Part shown: one piece after another, positions 51,161-61,280 of the stretch
Numbering within the stretch: the stretch's first letter is position 1
Layout of the letters: every line of letters begins with the position of its first letter
Source of the DNA: Micavibrio sp. TMED2
GTDB lineage: Bacteria > Pseudomonadota > Alphaproteobacteria > TMED2
Reading direction: 5' to 3'
DNA: 64,000 nt
Assembly: GCA_002168225.1 (NCBI GenBank)
Contig: NHBH01000001.1
Location: forward strand, 288,188-352,187
The notes under the pieces: generated by a model
Databases searched by the model: none
Told to the model about the DNA's origin: nothing
What the model saw: only the letters and a program-made list of their open reading frames with translations
Translations under genes and position numbers: made by a program

Positions 51161-52126
51161 TCAGGTCAGGCGGCGGATCAGTTCGTCGAGCTGCTCAAGG
51201 CTTTGATACTCAACGCTTACGGTGCCTTTAACGCCCTTGCCGTCGATCGAGACCTTGAGGCCGAGGCGCATGGACAGATCATGTTCAAGCGCCAGAATAT
51301 CGGCATCCTTTACACCGGCGGCGGCCTTGCGAAGCGCATCGCCGGTCGGGTCTTTCTGCTTTGCTTCACCGGTTTTGCGTGCCTGCGCCAGTCGTTCGGT
51401 TTCACGCACGCTGAGGCCGCGATGGGCGACATTCTGGGCCAGCACGATGGCGTCGGGCACACCGATCAGGGCGCGGGCATGACCGGCGGTCAGCTTGCCG
51501 TCGCGTAACAGATCGCGCACTTCAGTCGGCAGGCCGAGCAGGCGCAGGGTATTGGTCACATGGCTGCGGGATTTACCCACTGCCTTGGCCACATCTTCCT
51601 GCCGATGGCCGAATTCATCGATCAGCCGTTGCAGACCTTCGGCTTCTTCAAGGGAATTGAGGTCGCGGCGCTGGAGGTTCTCGACAAGAGCGACCTGCAG
51701 GGCTTCCTCATCATCATAATCCTTGATGATGACCGGCACATCATGCAGCGGCGCTACCTGACAGGCACGCCAGCGGCGCTCACCGGCAATAATCTCGAAC
51801 TTGTCCCCGGCAACGGCACGGACCAGAATTGGCTGGATCAGGCCACGCTCGCGGATCGACTGGGCCAGCTCGTCGATGGCGTCTTCGTCGAATTCCTGAC
51901 GCGGCTGGTATTTGCCCGGCTGCAGCTTTTCCAGCGGCAGGGTGCGCAAACCGCCGCGTGGCTGGGCAGCAGAGGCGGGCGCATCGCTTGCGTCGGCGGG
52001 TGCCGTGGCATCCGGTGCGCTGTAGGATGCTTCGGCATCGGAAAACAGCGCATCAAGCCCGCGACCGAGGCCACGTTTCTTGCGGGCGGCTGCCTTGCCG
52101 TCTTCTTTGTTGTCGGGCGCATTCAT
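51161..52126 (-). CDS. parB: Chromosome partitioning protein ParB
   Basis: GLGRGLDALF box, ParB/Spo0J HTH and IEFDE…QPI(L)VR motifs. Confidence 0.95.
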   Translation of the reverse strand: MNAPDNKEDGKAAARKKRGLGRGLDALFSDAEASYSAPDATAPADASDAPASAAQPRGGLRTLPLEKLQPGKYQPRQEFDEDAIDELAQSIRERGLIQPILVRAVAGDKFEIIAGERRWRACQVAPLHDVPVIIKDYDDEEALQVALVENLQRRDLNSLEEAEGLQRLIDEFGHRQEDVAKAVGKSRSHVTNTLRLLGLPTEVRDLLRDGKLTAGHARALIGVPDAIVLAQNVAHRGLSVRETERLAQARKTGEAKQKDPTGDALRKAAAGVKDADILALEHDLSMRLGLKVSIDGKGVKGTVSVEYQSLEQLDELIRRLT

Positions 52127-53025
52127 TACTGCACACTCGCCTGTGCTTGCGCGGTGTCGGGCAGGTGGGTGATGACCTCACGCGCCAGATCGATATAGGC
52201 CTTGCTGCCAGCGCATTTGTAATCATAGATCAGGGCCGGCACGCCATGGCTCGGCGCTTCCGACAGGCGCACATTGCGCGGGATGGTGGTGGTGAAGACC
52301 TTGCCGCCCATATATTCGCGCACGTCATCTTCAACTGCCTGGCTGAGATTGTTGCGCCGATCGACCATGGTCAGGACCACGCCCATCATCTGCAGCTCCT
52401 TGTTCAACCCGCCCTGGATCAGCTGGATCGTGCGGGTCAGGTGGCTGAGGCCTTCAAGCGCATAGAACTCGGCCTGCAGTGGCACCAGCACATGATGCGA
52501 GGCAACCAGACCGTTGAGGGTCAGCATGCCGAGTGCCGGTGGGCAGTCGATGATGATGAAGTCGAACTCCATCGGCACGTTGCGGATCGCCTCACGCAGG
52601 CGAAACTCGCGCCGACGCTCGTTCACCAGCTCGATTTCCGCGCCGGACAGGTCGATGGAGGATGGCACGATGGACAGGCCGGGAATAGGGGTACTGTGCA
52701 CGCAATCGACGAGATCGGCCTCACCGGAAATCAGGTCATAGGTGCCGAGCGCTTCACTCTCGCGCCGCACGCCGAGGCCGGTTGAGGCATTGCCCTGCGG
52801 GTCCAGATCGACCAGCAACACGCGCTTGCCGATGGCGGCGAGGGCCGTGCCCAGATTAATCGCGGTCGTGGTCTTGCCGACGCCGCCTTTCTGGTTGGCG
52901 ATCGAGATAACGGTCGGCAGGGTCAGATTTCCACTCACGGGCCAGTTCCATTGCAGGCGGCGTAACTCACGCTCATACAGAGGGTGATACGTCTCAGGCG
53001 TGATGCTGGCAAGGGCGCTGCTCAT
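52126..53025 (-). CDS. parA: Chromosome partitioning ATPase ParA. Possible GTG start at 52938, giving a 30-aa shorter protein.
   Basis: Deviant Walker A IANQKGGVGKTTTAINLG. 4-nt overlap with parB. Confidence 0.9.
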   Translation of the reverse strand: MSSALASITPETYHPLYERELRRLQWNWPVSGNLTLPTVISIANQKGGVGKTTTAINLGTALAAIGKRVLLVDLDPQGNASTGLGVRRESEALGTYDLISGEADLVDCVHSTPIPGLSIVPSSIDLSGAEIELVNERRREFRLREAIRNVPMEFDFIIIDCPPALGMLTLNGLVASHHVLVPLQAEFYALEGLSHLTRTIQLIQGGLNKELQMMGVVLTMVDRRNNLSQAVEDDVREYMGGKVFTTTIPRNVRLSEAPSHGVPALIYDYKCAGSKAYIDLAREVITHLPDTAQAQASVQ

Positions 53026-53094
53026 CGGCTCGGCTCTCCGGCTTGGGTCAAAACAGTTCTGTTCACCCCGTACCAGCGCATATCGGCCTGTCAG

Positions 53095-53715
53095 CTAGAT
53101 AAGGTCCTGATCGCCTTGCTTTTCAAGGCGCCGCAGCACGATTACACGGGCGGCCCGATCCGTCTCGCTGGCATGGGTTTCCACCTCAAAATTCCAACAT
53201 TTAGTGGCTTCGGTCAATTCCGCATCTACATTTTGTCCTTTTAAAAAGATACAAAATCCGGATTCCGCGAGGTGTGGCTGTGTATATGTGAGCAGTTTGT
53301 CGAGCGAAGCCAGTGCCCGCGCCGTTACCACGTCGGCTTTGAGCGAATCGAGGCTTTCGATTCGGTCGGTGTGGATCGTGACCTTTGCCCCGGTTTCCTG
53401 CGCCACGCTGCGCAGAAACGCGCATTTCCGCTGGTCGGATTCGATCAGATGCACATCGAGATCGGGCCGCAGACAGGCAATCACCAGCCCCGGAAAACCA
53501 GCCCCGGAGCCGAAATCCACCAGTCGTGCCGGGCCATCGGGCAAATAGGGCAGTAACTGCGCGGAATCCTGAAAATGCCGCACCCACATCTCCGGCAGGG
53601 TTTTGGGCCCGACGAGATTGATCCGCGGCTGCCATTTCTTCAGTAGCGCGGCATAGGCGGCGAGGGCAGGGTGCTGTTTCAGGGCGTTCAGGTCAGGGCT
53701 GGTCAGGGAGGTCAT
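53095..53715 (-). CDS. rsmG: 16S rRNA (guanine527-N7)-methyltransferase RsmG (GidB)
   Basis: LVDFGSGAGFPGLVIA SAM-binding motif. Confidence 0.9.
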   Translation of the reverse strand: MTSLTSPDLNALKQHPALAAYAALLKKWQPRINLVGPKTLPEMWVRHFQDSAQLLPYLPDGPARLVDFGSGAGFPGLVIACLRPDLDVHLIESDQRKCAFLRSVAQETGAKVTIHTDRIESLDSLKADVVTARALASLDKLLTYTQPHLAESGFCIFLKGQNVDAELTEATKCWNFEVETHASETDRAARVIVLRRLEKQGDQDLI

Positions 53716-54331
53716 GGCGTTGTTGCTGGCGGTAACGATAAAGCATCATGGCGGTCAGGCCGCTGGTGAGCAGACAGGTAAAGGCGGTGGTAAAGGGCAG
53801 GATCATGGTAACGCTGCGTATGGTTGCCTCACAATCGATACGGTTTACCGGCAGATAGGTCACGACCAGCAGCAGCAAGGATAGGAAGATCAGGCCAGCA
53901 GCAGGCTTGAGATTGACCCGAAAGCCCTGTTTCGGCGTGGTCCGTTGCGCCCAGCGGATTGCAGCGAGAGCCGTCGCGCCACAGCCGACAGCAACACCAG
54001 CCAGATAGGGCAGGTACAGCCGCCCGAAGGTATTGAGGCCCGCCGGGCATGTCTCACCATCGCTGAGCGCCATCAACGCGCCCCGATCCGACAGCAGCCA
54101 CGGGAGAGAGGCGATCAGGACGGCGGCAATCAACAGGCTGATCAGCGCGGTTTCTGCCGCTTCCAGCGGTTTGTACATGCCATGCTGGAGCATGAAGATG
54201 CAGACGGTGACAAACAGCCCGCCAAACAGCAGCGGCGAGCCACCGGCACCCATGAGCGAGGGCAGCAGCGCAAGGCCAAATATGGCAAGGGCGCCAACCC
54301 GCGCCAGCAATCCGATGGTTGTTGGTTCCAT
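53693..54331 (-). CDS. Hypothetical polytopic membrane protein (5–6 TM) inserted between mnmG-side genes and rsmG; overlaps rsmG start by 23 nt
   Basis: Multiple hydrophobic helices. No recognised motif. Confidence 0.45.
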   Translation of the reverse strand: MEPTTIGLLARVGALAIFGLALLPSLMGAGGSPLLFGGLFVTVCIFMLQHGMYKPLEAAETALISLLIAAVLIASLPWLLSDRGALMALSDGETCPAGLNTFGRLYLPYLAGVAVGCGATALAAIRWAQRTTPKQGFRVNLKPAAGLIFLSLLLLVVTYLPVNRIDCEATIRSVTMILPFTTAFTCLLTSGLTAMMLYRYRQQQRHDLPDQP

Positions 54332-54496
54332 GGGGTGAGGTAATAGCGCCGGAAACGGGCCGGGCCAAGGCTTTGTTCTCCCAAGGAATTATGAGCGGTC
54401 GGTCGGGGATGGGGGTATTCAATCCCGCTGGTCATTTTCTAACGTTACAGATACTCTATACGCTATAAATTCGTTTCCGAAACTCTGGTTCTCTTC

Positions 54497-55654
54497 ATGC
54501 CGGAACAGACAGCACGAGAAAGCACCGTCCTCGACGTCAGCGAAATCAACTGTTTTCGCTCGCGCAAGACTGCGCAATGCCTGCAGGACAGCTTTCACCA
54601 GCGGATTGCCAAGCATGTGCGGGCCGGTATCGGTGATCTGCCCGATGACTGGCAGGAACAGGCGATCCCGCTGCTGGTCGATTACGGCATTACCCGCTCG
54701 AAAAAGCGTTTGTCGGTCGAGCCGGAGGATTTCTCCCGCCTTGCCGGACAGGCGGAAAAGCTGGCGCGTCGCCGCAATGGTGGCAAGCCCGTGGATCTGG
54801 TCGGTTTCGTCGATAATCTGCGCGATGCGGTGGAGATTGCCCAGGTCACACTGGAGGATGCTGAGGACCGCGCGGTAAACAGCATGGTAGCGGATAATCA
54901 GGACCGCCCGGCATTTTATGATGAGCGGTTGTTCCGGGGCGAGGACCGGGTTTATCTGGAGTTGCCACAGCCGGAGAGCGAGATTGCGCCCCGGATTGCC
55001 GAGGCACTTGCCCCCCATGGCTATGGCGAGCTCGACTATAAGGGTGGCTTTATCCGCAATCCCCATGGCGACATGGCCCGGATCGGCAAGGCGCTGAAGA
55101 AGTACAAGCTGACCGATCTGTGCGAGGATTTCATGCGCGACCCGGCCCGCGCCGACCCGGCCATGGTGATGATTTCCCGCAAGACCGAGGATGTGGCGCG
55201 CATGTCCACCGCCCGTGACTGGTCGAGTTGTGTCGTGGCGGGCAGTCACCGGTTTGAAAAGCATATGCCGGAAGATCTGCAGCGCGGTACGCTGGTTGCC
55301 TATCTGGTTCGCCCCAATGATCCCGAGGCCCATGAACCAATGGCCCGGATGAACCTCAAGACCTATGCCAATGAGGCGGGGGAGGAAATCCTCGTGCCGT
55401 ACAAGGTCTATGGCAAGGCCGATGACCGCTTCCCGGCATTCGTCAAATCCGTGATTGATGAAACGGTAAATGCGGGCAAGACCGGCACCTTTACCCTGCC
55501 GCAAACCCTGCTTACCGACGATCTCGACTATCAGGTGGAGCGCGATGCCGATGGCAATCTCTATTCCAACCTCACCCTGATGCCCGATCCGCCCAAGCAG
55601 ACCGGTCGGAAACTGCCGGAAGGCACGAAACTGGGTGACCGGATCAGGCTCTAG
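54497..55654 (+). CDS. Hypothetical protein (385 aa), preceded by an AT-rich promoter-like region
   Basis: Balanced acidic/basic composition, versus Arg/Gly/His-rich antisense ORF 54419..55504. No recognised domain. Confidence 0.5.
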   Translation: MPEQTARESTVLDVSEINCFRSRKTAQCLQDSFHQRIAKHVRAGIGDLPDDWQEQAIPLLVDYGITRSKKRLSVEPEDFSRLAGQAEKLARRRNGGKPVDLVGFVDNLRDAVEIAQVTLEDAEDRAVNSMVADNQDRPAFYDERLFRGEDRVYLELPQPESEIAPRIAEALAPHGYGELDYKGGFIRNPHGDMARIGKALKKYKLTDLCEDFMRDPARADPAMVMISRKTEDVARMSTARDWSSCVVAGSHRFEKHMPEDLQRGTLVAYLVRPNDPEAHEPMARMNLKTYANEAGEEILVPYKVYGKADDRFPAFVKSVIDETVNAGKTGTFTLPQTLLTDDLDYQVERDADGNLYSNLTLMPDPPKQTGRKLPEGTKLGDRIRL

Positions 55655-55676
55655 GGTCTAATGTCCCGATTATACC

Positions 55677-55961
55677 ATGATCATCGCCGGAACAGTCATG
55701 AACAGCCTGCCGCCAACCATCTCGATCCTGTTTGAACGCCAACCGGCCCCGACCCTGCGTCAGCGCCTGCGCGATGCCTATCAGGCGGGCGATACCGCGC
55801 TGTTCGATGGCGCGGTCACATGGAAACTCGAGGCTTTCGAGGACGAACGCATCTGGGAAGGCACCGCCGCCAGCTTCGACGCCATGGTCGCCGAAATCAT
55901 CACCACCCTCGGCGACCGCCAAGACGACGCGGTACAGCTGGTGATTGAGGAAGCCAAATAA
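55677..55961 (+). CDS. Small hypothetical protein (≤94 aa), probably co-transcribed with 54497..55654
   Basis: 23-nt gap after the upstream gene, protein-like composition. Ends 1 nt before the convergent mnmG stop. Confidence 0.35.
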   Translation: MIIAGTVMNSLPPTISILFERQPAPTLRQRLRDAYQAGDTALFDGAVTWKLEAFEDERIWEGTAASFDAMVAEIITTLGDRQDDAVQLVIEEAK

Positions 55962-57863
55962 TCAGGCCGCATCCCGTTTTTTTACGTGGCGGAGCAGGGC
56001 GACGACGGCGGCGGGGGTGACGCCGGGGAGGCGGGCTGCGGCGCCGAGTGTCGCCGGGCGCGCGGTTTTCAGCCGGGTGCGGACCTCATTCGACAGGCTG
56101 CCGATGGCGTCATAATCGAGATCGCCGGGAATCTCGAGCGCCTCATCCTTCTTGAACGCCCGGATATCCGCTTCCTGCCGGTCGAGATAGCCGGAATATT
56201 GTGCATCAATGGTCAGCTGTTCCGCCGTGGCGGCGTCGAGGTCGGCCAGTTCCGGCCAGACGGTCGCGAGCTGTGCCAGCGTGATGTCCGGGTGGCGGAG
56301 CAGATCGGCGACCGAGCGGTGCTTGCCGTCATGATTGATGGTGATGCCGTGGCGCGCCAGTTCCTGCGGCGTTGCCTTGTTGCTGTCGGCGAAGTCACGG
56401 GCGGCGGTGAGTTTCGCAGCCTTGTCACCCCAGGCGGCAGCCCGGTCGCGGCCCACCACACCGACCGCGAGACCGGCGGGGGTCAGGCGCTGGTCGGCAT
56501 TATCGGCACGCAGGGTCAGGCGGTATTCCGCCCGGCTGGTGAACATGCGGTATGGTTCCGGTGCGCCGCGGGTAATCAGATCGTCGATCAGCACGCCGAT
56601 ATAGGCCTGTGACCGGTCGAGGGTGAAGCTGTCGGTGCCGCCGGCGGCTTTCAGCGCAGCATTGGTGCCGGCCATCAGCCCCTGTGCGCCCGCTTCCTCG
56701 TAACCCGTGGTGCCGTTGATCTGGCCAGCCAGAAACAGCCCGGCGAGACGTTTGGTTTCCAGCGTCGGTTTCAGCTCACGCGGGTCGATATAGTCATATT
56801 CGATGGCATAGCCGGGTTTCAGTATCACCGCATTTTCCAGCCCCGGAATGGTTTTCAGCAGGGCGTGCTGCACATCCTCGGGCAGGGAGGTGGAAATACC
56901 GTTCGGATAGATCGTGTGATCGTCGAGGCCTTCCGGCTCGAGGAAAATCTGGTGCCGCGACTTGTCGGCGAAGCGCACGACCTTGTCCTCGATCGACGGG
57001 CAATAGCGTGGGCCGGTGCCTTCGATCTGGCCGGAATACATCGGTGCCCGGTGCAGATTGTCCTGAATGATCCGGTGGGTTGCCTCATTGGTATAGGTGA
57101 TGTGGCACGGCACCTGTGGTGTGGTGATCCGGTCGGTCAGGTAGGAGAAGGGCAGCGGCGGGGTATCGCCGGGCTGTTCCTCAAGCTGCGTGAAGTCGAT
57201 GGTCCGGCCATCGAGGCGGGCCGGGGTGCCGGTTTTGAGCCGCCCGAGGGTAAAGCCCGCACGCTCAAGCGTATCGGACAGGCCGAGGGCAGGCGCCTCG
57301 CCATCGCGACCGGCGGGAATTTTCTTCTCACCGATATGGATCAGCCCGCGCAGGAAGGTGCCGGTGGTAATGACCACGGCGCGGCAGGGCACGGTATCGC
57401 CGTCGCTGGTGATGACGCCAGAGATCGCGCCATCGGCATCAAAGGCGATATCTTCCGCCCCGGCCCCGCGAATATCGAGGTTTTCGGTTGCGGCGAGCAG
57501 TTCCTGCACCGCGAGACGGTAGAGCTTGCGGTCAGCCTGGGCGCGGGGGCCGCGCACCGCCGGGCCTTTTGAGCCGTTGAGGGTGCGGAACTGGATGCCG
57601 CCCTTGTCGATCGCCTTGCCCATGATGCCGTCGAGGGCATCGATCTCACGCACCAGATGGCCCTTGCCGAGGCCACCGATCGCCGGGTTACAGGACATGA
57701 CGCCAACGGTTTCGAGCTTGTGGGTCAGCAGCAGGGTGGCAGCACCCATGCGCGCGGCAGCCGCTGCGGCCTCGGTGCCCGCATGGCCACCGCCGACGAC
57801 AATCACGTCATAGCTTTTGCCCTGACCGGCATCGGTCAGGAGGGTGTCAGTTACTGTACTCAC
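55962..57863 (-). CDS. mnmG: tRNA uridine 5-carboxymethylaminomethyl modification enzyme MnmG (GidA)
   Basis: FAD motif [15 protein letters not shown] and full-length MnmG blocks. Confidence 0.95.
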   Translation of the reverse strand: MSTVTDTLLTDAGQGKSYDVIVVGGGHAGTEAAAAAARMGAATLLLTHKLETVGVMSCNPAIGGLGKGHLVREIDALDGIMGKAIDKGGIQFRTLNGSKGPAVRGPRAQADRKLYRLAVQELLAATENLDIRGAGAEDIAFDADGAISGVITSDGDTVPCRAVVITTGTFLRGLIHIGEKKIPAGRDGEAPALGLSDTLERAGFTLGRLKTGTPARLDGRTIDFTQLEEQPGDTPPLPFSYLTDRITTPQVPCHITYTNEATHRIIQDNLHRAPMYSGQIEGTGPRYCPSIEDKVVRFADKSRHQIFLEPEGLDDHTIYPNGISTSLPEDVQHALLKTIPGLENAVILKPGYAIEYDYIDPRELKPTLETKRLAGLFLAGQINGTTGYEEAGAQGLMAGTNAALKAAGGTDSFTLDRSQAYIGVLIDDLITRGAPEPYRMFTSRAEYRLTLRADNADQRLTPAGLAVGVVGRDRAAAWGDKAAKLTAARDFADSNKATPQELARHGITINHDGKHRSVADLLRHPDITLAQLATVWPELADLDAATAEQLTIDAQYSGYLDRQEADIRAFKKDEALEIPGDLDYDAIGSLSNEVRTRLKTARPATLGAAARLPGVTPAAVVALLRHVKKRDAA

Positions 57864-57962
57864 GGGCCTGTAATCCGCTCGAATGTTCTGGAGAGGCGCA
57901 ATTTATGCTGATTCCACGACAGCGTCAAAACTTGTCCACATCCACCCGGCGCATGGCGCGCA

Positions 57963-57978
57963 TGTTTCACGTGAAACA
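57963..57978. other. parS centromere site 1 (perfect 16-bp palindrome TGTTTCACGTGAAACA)
   Basis: Exact match to the ParB-binding parS consensus tGTTtCACGTGAAAca. Lies in the mnmG–GT41 intergenic region. Confidence 0.85.
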
Positions 57979-58035
57979 CGGCGGCTGGCGCTTCGCATCC
58001 GTGGGTGATCCCGGCGCTGGCCTTGGCGGTAAAGC

Positions 58036-59862
58036 ATGGGTTATAGCCATCCCATGACCAATGATAACGACCAGATAGCACCGGAACTGGCCGCCGCGCG
58101 CACGGCGCATATGGCCGGCGATCTCGCCGCCGCATTACCGGTTTATGAGCGCTTTGCCGGTGAGAACGATCCCGATGCGCTCAACCTGCTCGGCATTGTC
58201 GCCGGGCAGCAGGGTGACATGGCGCTGGCCGAGACCCGGTTCCGGGCGGCGCTGACCGCACGGCCAAGCCATCGCGGAGCCGGGATCAATCTGGCGAAAC
58301 TGCTCGGCTCACAGGCGCGCTCGGCGGAGGCCGTCGCGGTCTGGGCCCGGCTTGCTGCCGATCACGCGACCGAGCACCCGCTGGATCGGGCCATGTCGCT
58401 CGAATACGCCCGGCATCTGGGCTACTGCCATCGCCATGATGATGCCCATGGGATACTGGCGCGGTTGCATGAGGAGGAGCCGGGCGATCCGGTGGTGGCC
58501 GAGGCCCTGCTGATGGCGAGCCGCTATATCGCCGACTGGTCGCGCCATGACCGGCTGACTGCGCTGGTGGCGGCAGAGACGGCAAAACGGCTGGCGCAGG
58601 AGCAAGTACCGCTTGAGACACCGATGGTGGCACTGTTCCGCACCGATGACGGCAAAACCCAGCGCCGGATTGCCGAGGCCCATGCCGCCGGTATTGCCGC
58701 AAAAGCAGAAAAGCTGCCTGCCCGACCTGTGCGACAGGATGGTGGGCCGATCCGTCTCGGCCTGTTCACGCCGAATTTTCACGATTTCGCGCCGACCGTG
58801 CAGTTGCTGCGCGGCGTGCTGAAGAAACTGGATCGGCAAAAGTTCACGCCAATCCTGTATTACTGGGGCGGCAGGCCCTTGCCGGTCGATCATGCCGATA
58901 TGGTTGCGGTGGCGGTTGATCTGGAAGCGATGAATGTTGTGCAGTCCGCCGATCGGGTCGCAGCGGATGACATCGATATCCTGCTGGACCTCAAGGGCTG
59001 GTCCGGTGGTCATCGACAGGCGGCGTTGGCCCGGCACCCGGCGCGGGTGCAGGTCTCGTGGCTCGCTTATCCTGGTACGGTGGGTGGTGACTGGATCGAT
59101 TATGCGCTGCTTGATCGCCACGTATTGCCCGACGGTGCGCGGGACGAGTATCGCGAGGCGGTTATCCGCCTGCCGGTCACCTATCAGGCACGCGATAATG
59201 CCCAGCCGATCGGCCCGCGTGTTTCACGTGAAACATCGGGACTGCCCGATGACCGGTTCGTCTTCACCAGCTTCAACATCTCGCACAAGCTGGAGCCGGG
59301 GATTTTCGGTGCGTGGATGCGGATTTTGAGCCAGTTGCCCGATACCGTGCTGTGGCTGATGACCGCCTATCCGGCCTATGAGGCGAATATCCGGGCCGAG
59401 GCGGCGAAGCGCGGGATTGATCCGGCGCGCATCCTTTTTGCCCCGCATCTGGCGGATAAGAGCGCGCATCTGGCGCGGCTCGGTGCTGCCGATCTCGCCC
59501 TTGATACCCGCATTTGCGGTGGTCATACCACCACGTCAGACGCGCTCTGGGCCGGGGTGCCGGTGCTGGGGTTGAGTGGCAATGCCATGGCAGCGCGGGT
59601 CAGTGCCAGCCTGCTCCATGCGGTCAATCAGCCGGATATGATCTGCGACAGCCTCGCGGCTTATGAGGCTCAGGCCATTGCCCTGGCGGGCGAGGAACGG
59701 GACCGGCTGGAGGCGCATCGCCAGAGCCTGCAGGCAGCATCGTCATTGCCCTTGTTTGATACCGCAGCACGGACCCGTGATCTCGAACGGGCGCTGGAGA
59801 TGGTCTGGGCGCGCCACTGTCAGGGTCTGTCGGTCGGCGATTTCGACGTGCCGCCCGGCTGA
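58036..59862 (+). CDS. TPR-repeat protein fused to a GT41-type (O-GlcNAc transferase/SPINDLY-like) glycosyltransferase domain. Contains parS site 2 in-frame.
   Basis: N-terminal TPR-like Ala-rich repeats. C-terminal GT-B blocks GLFTPNFHDFAPT…DIDILLDLKGWSGG…FVFTSFNISHKLEP…HTTTSDALWAGVPVLGL. Confidence 0.7.
   Translation: MGYSHPMTNDNDQIAPELAAARTAHMAGDLAAALPVYERFAGENDPDALNLLGIVAGQQGDMALAETRFRAALTARPSHRGAGINLAKLLGSQARSAEAVAVWARLAADHATEHPLDRAMSLEYARHLGYCHRHDDAHGILARLHEEEPGDPVVAEALLMASRYIADWSRHDRLTALVAAETAKRLAQEQVPLETPMVALFRTDDGKTQRRIAEAHAAGIAAKAEKLPARPVRQDGGPIRLGLFTPNFHDFAPTVQLLRGVLKKLDRQKFTPILYYWGGRPLPVDHADMVAVAVDLEAMNVVQSADRVAADDIDILLDLKGWSGGHRQAALARHPARVQVSWLAYPGTVGGDWIDYALLDRHVLPDGARDEYREAVIRLPVTYQARDNAQPIGPRVSRETSGLPDDRFVFTSFNISHKLEPGIFGAWMRILSQLPDTVLWLMTAYPAYEANIRAEAAKRGIDPARILFAPHLADKSAHLARLGAADLALDTRICGGHTTTSDALWAGVPVLGLSGNAMAARVSASLLHAVNQPDMICDSLAAYEAQAIALAGEERDRLEAHRQSLQAASSLPLFDTAARTRDLERALEMVWARHCQGLSVGDFDVPPG
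59219..59234. other. parS centromere site 2 (TGTTTCACGTGAAACA) inside the GT41 CDS, encoding …RVSRET…
   Basis: Exact consensus match. Flanks are the reverse complement of site 1 flanks (19/20). Confidence 0.85.
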
Positions 59863-59867
59863 TCGCG

Positions 59868-61217
59868 CTATTTCCCGATACAGAAGTCGCGAAAGATCAC
59901 GTCGAGCAGATCTTCCACATCTACCCGCCCGGTGATGCGACCCAGCGCGCGCAGGGCGAGGCGGGTATCCTCGGCGGCCAGCTCGGGCTCTTCGGCGCTG
60001 ATCGCGCGGCTGAGGCTGATGCGTGCCTCTTCCAGTGCTTCCCGGTGGCGGGCGCGGGTCAGGCTCGGGCCGCTGCCTGCTGCCTCAAGGCTCGCCTTGA
60101 CCTCGTGTTCGAGGGCGTGGAGCAGGTTGTTCAGCCCGGTGCCGTGTTTGGCCGATACCGTAACCACCGGATAGCCGTCGAGGGTGACCGGCAGATCGCC
60201 AGCCAGATCGGCCTTGTTGATCACGATGATCGCGCCGTGATGGGCATGGGGGACGAGGGCAGCGGGCAGGGCGGGCTGTGCCGGGTCAATATCCACCGCA
60301 TCGACCACCAGCAGCTTGAGGTCGGCTTCCTCGGCGCGGGCCAGTGCCCGGCGGATGCCCTCGGTTTCGATCACATCGGCGGTTTCGCGCAAACCGGCGG
60401 TGTCGAGCAGGGTGACCGGATAGCCGCCAAGGTCCAGATGCACCTCGATCACATCACGGGTGGTTCCGGCAATGTCCGAGACGATGGCGGCATCGCGGTC
60501 GGCAATGGCGTTGAGCAGAGAAGATTTACCGGTATTGGGCGCGCCGAGAATAGCGATCATGACGCCATCGCGCAGACGCTCGCCCCGGCGATTATCGCTC
60601 AGATGCCGGGTGATTTCCTCAATCAGCCCGTTGATATCGGGCGTAACCGCGGCAACTACGCCATCGGGCAGGTCTTCGTCGGGGAAGTCGATGTCGGCCT
60701 CGATATAGGCCAGTGCCCGGGTCAGCCGGTCGGCCCAGCCGTGATACAGGGTTTTCAGCGAACCGCTCAACTGGTCCAGTGCCTGCAGCCGCTGGGCCTC
60801 GGTTTCGGCATCGATCAGATCGGCCACCGCCTCGGCCTCGGTCAGGTCGAGACGGTTGTTCTCGAATGCCCGGCGGGTAAACTCGCCCGGTGCAGCAAGG
60901 CGCAACCCGTCCATTGCGTTGAGCGCGGCCACTGTGGCGTCAATGATCGCCCGCCCGCCATGCAGGTGCAGCTCGACCACGTCTTCGCCGGTAAAGCTCG
61001 CCGGGGCGGTGAAAGTCAGCACCAGCGCATCATCAATCGGGTGGCCGCTTGCCGGATCGGTCAGGCGGCGCAGCGCTGCCTGACGTGGTGCGGGCACCGG
61101 CTTGTCACCGGAGAGCGCAGACAGCGCCACATGCGCCCGTGGCCCGGACAGCCGGATCACAGCGATCCCGGCGCGGCCATGGCCGGAGGCGAGGGCATAG
61201 ATGGTGTCTGTACTCAT
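59868..61217 (-). CDS. mnmE: tRNA modification GTPase MnmE (TrmE)
   Basis: N-terminal IYALASGHGRAGIAVIRLSG, G-domain GAPNTGKSSLLN, C-terminal CIGK. Confidence 0.95.
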   Translation of the reverse strand: MSTDTIYALASGHGRAGIAVIRLSGPRAHVALSALSGDKPVPAPRQAALRRLTDPASGHPIDDALVLTFTAPASFTGEDVVELHLHGGRAIIDATVAALNAMDGLRLAAPGEFTRRAFENNRLDLTEAEAVADLIDAETEAQRLQALDQLSGSLKTLYHGWADRLTRALAYIEADIDFPDEDLPDGVVAAVTPDINGLIEEITRHLSDNRRGERLRDGVMIAILGAPNTGKSSLLNAIADRDAAIVSDIAGTTRDVIEVHLDLGGYPVTLLDTAGLRETADVIETEGIRRALARAEEADLKLLVVDAVDIDPAQPALPAALVPHAHHGAIIVINKADLAGDLPVTLDGYPVVTVSAKHGTGLNNLLHALEHEVKASLEAAGSGPSLTRARHREALEEARISLSRAISAEEPELAAEDTRLALRALGRITGRVDVEDLLDVIFRDFCIGK

Positions 61218-61237
61218 ATTAAGGGCTGTCTCTTGAT

Positions 61238-61261
61238 CCCATGTTTCACGTGAAACATGGG
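61238..61261. other. parS centromere site 3, embedded in a 24-bp perfect palindrome CCCATGTTTCACGTGAAACATGGG
   Basis: Exact parS core 61243–61258. Lies in the mnmE–ferredoxin intergenic region. Confidence 0.85.
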
Positions 61262-61280
61262 GGCCTGTTTTGGGTAATGT

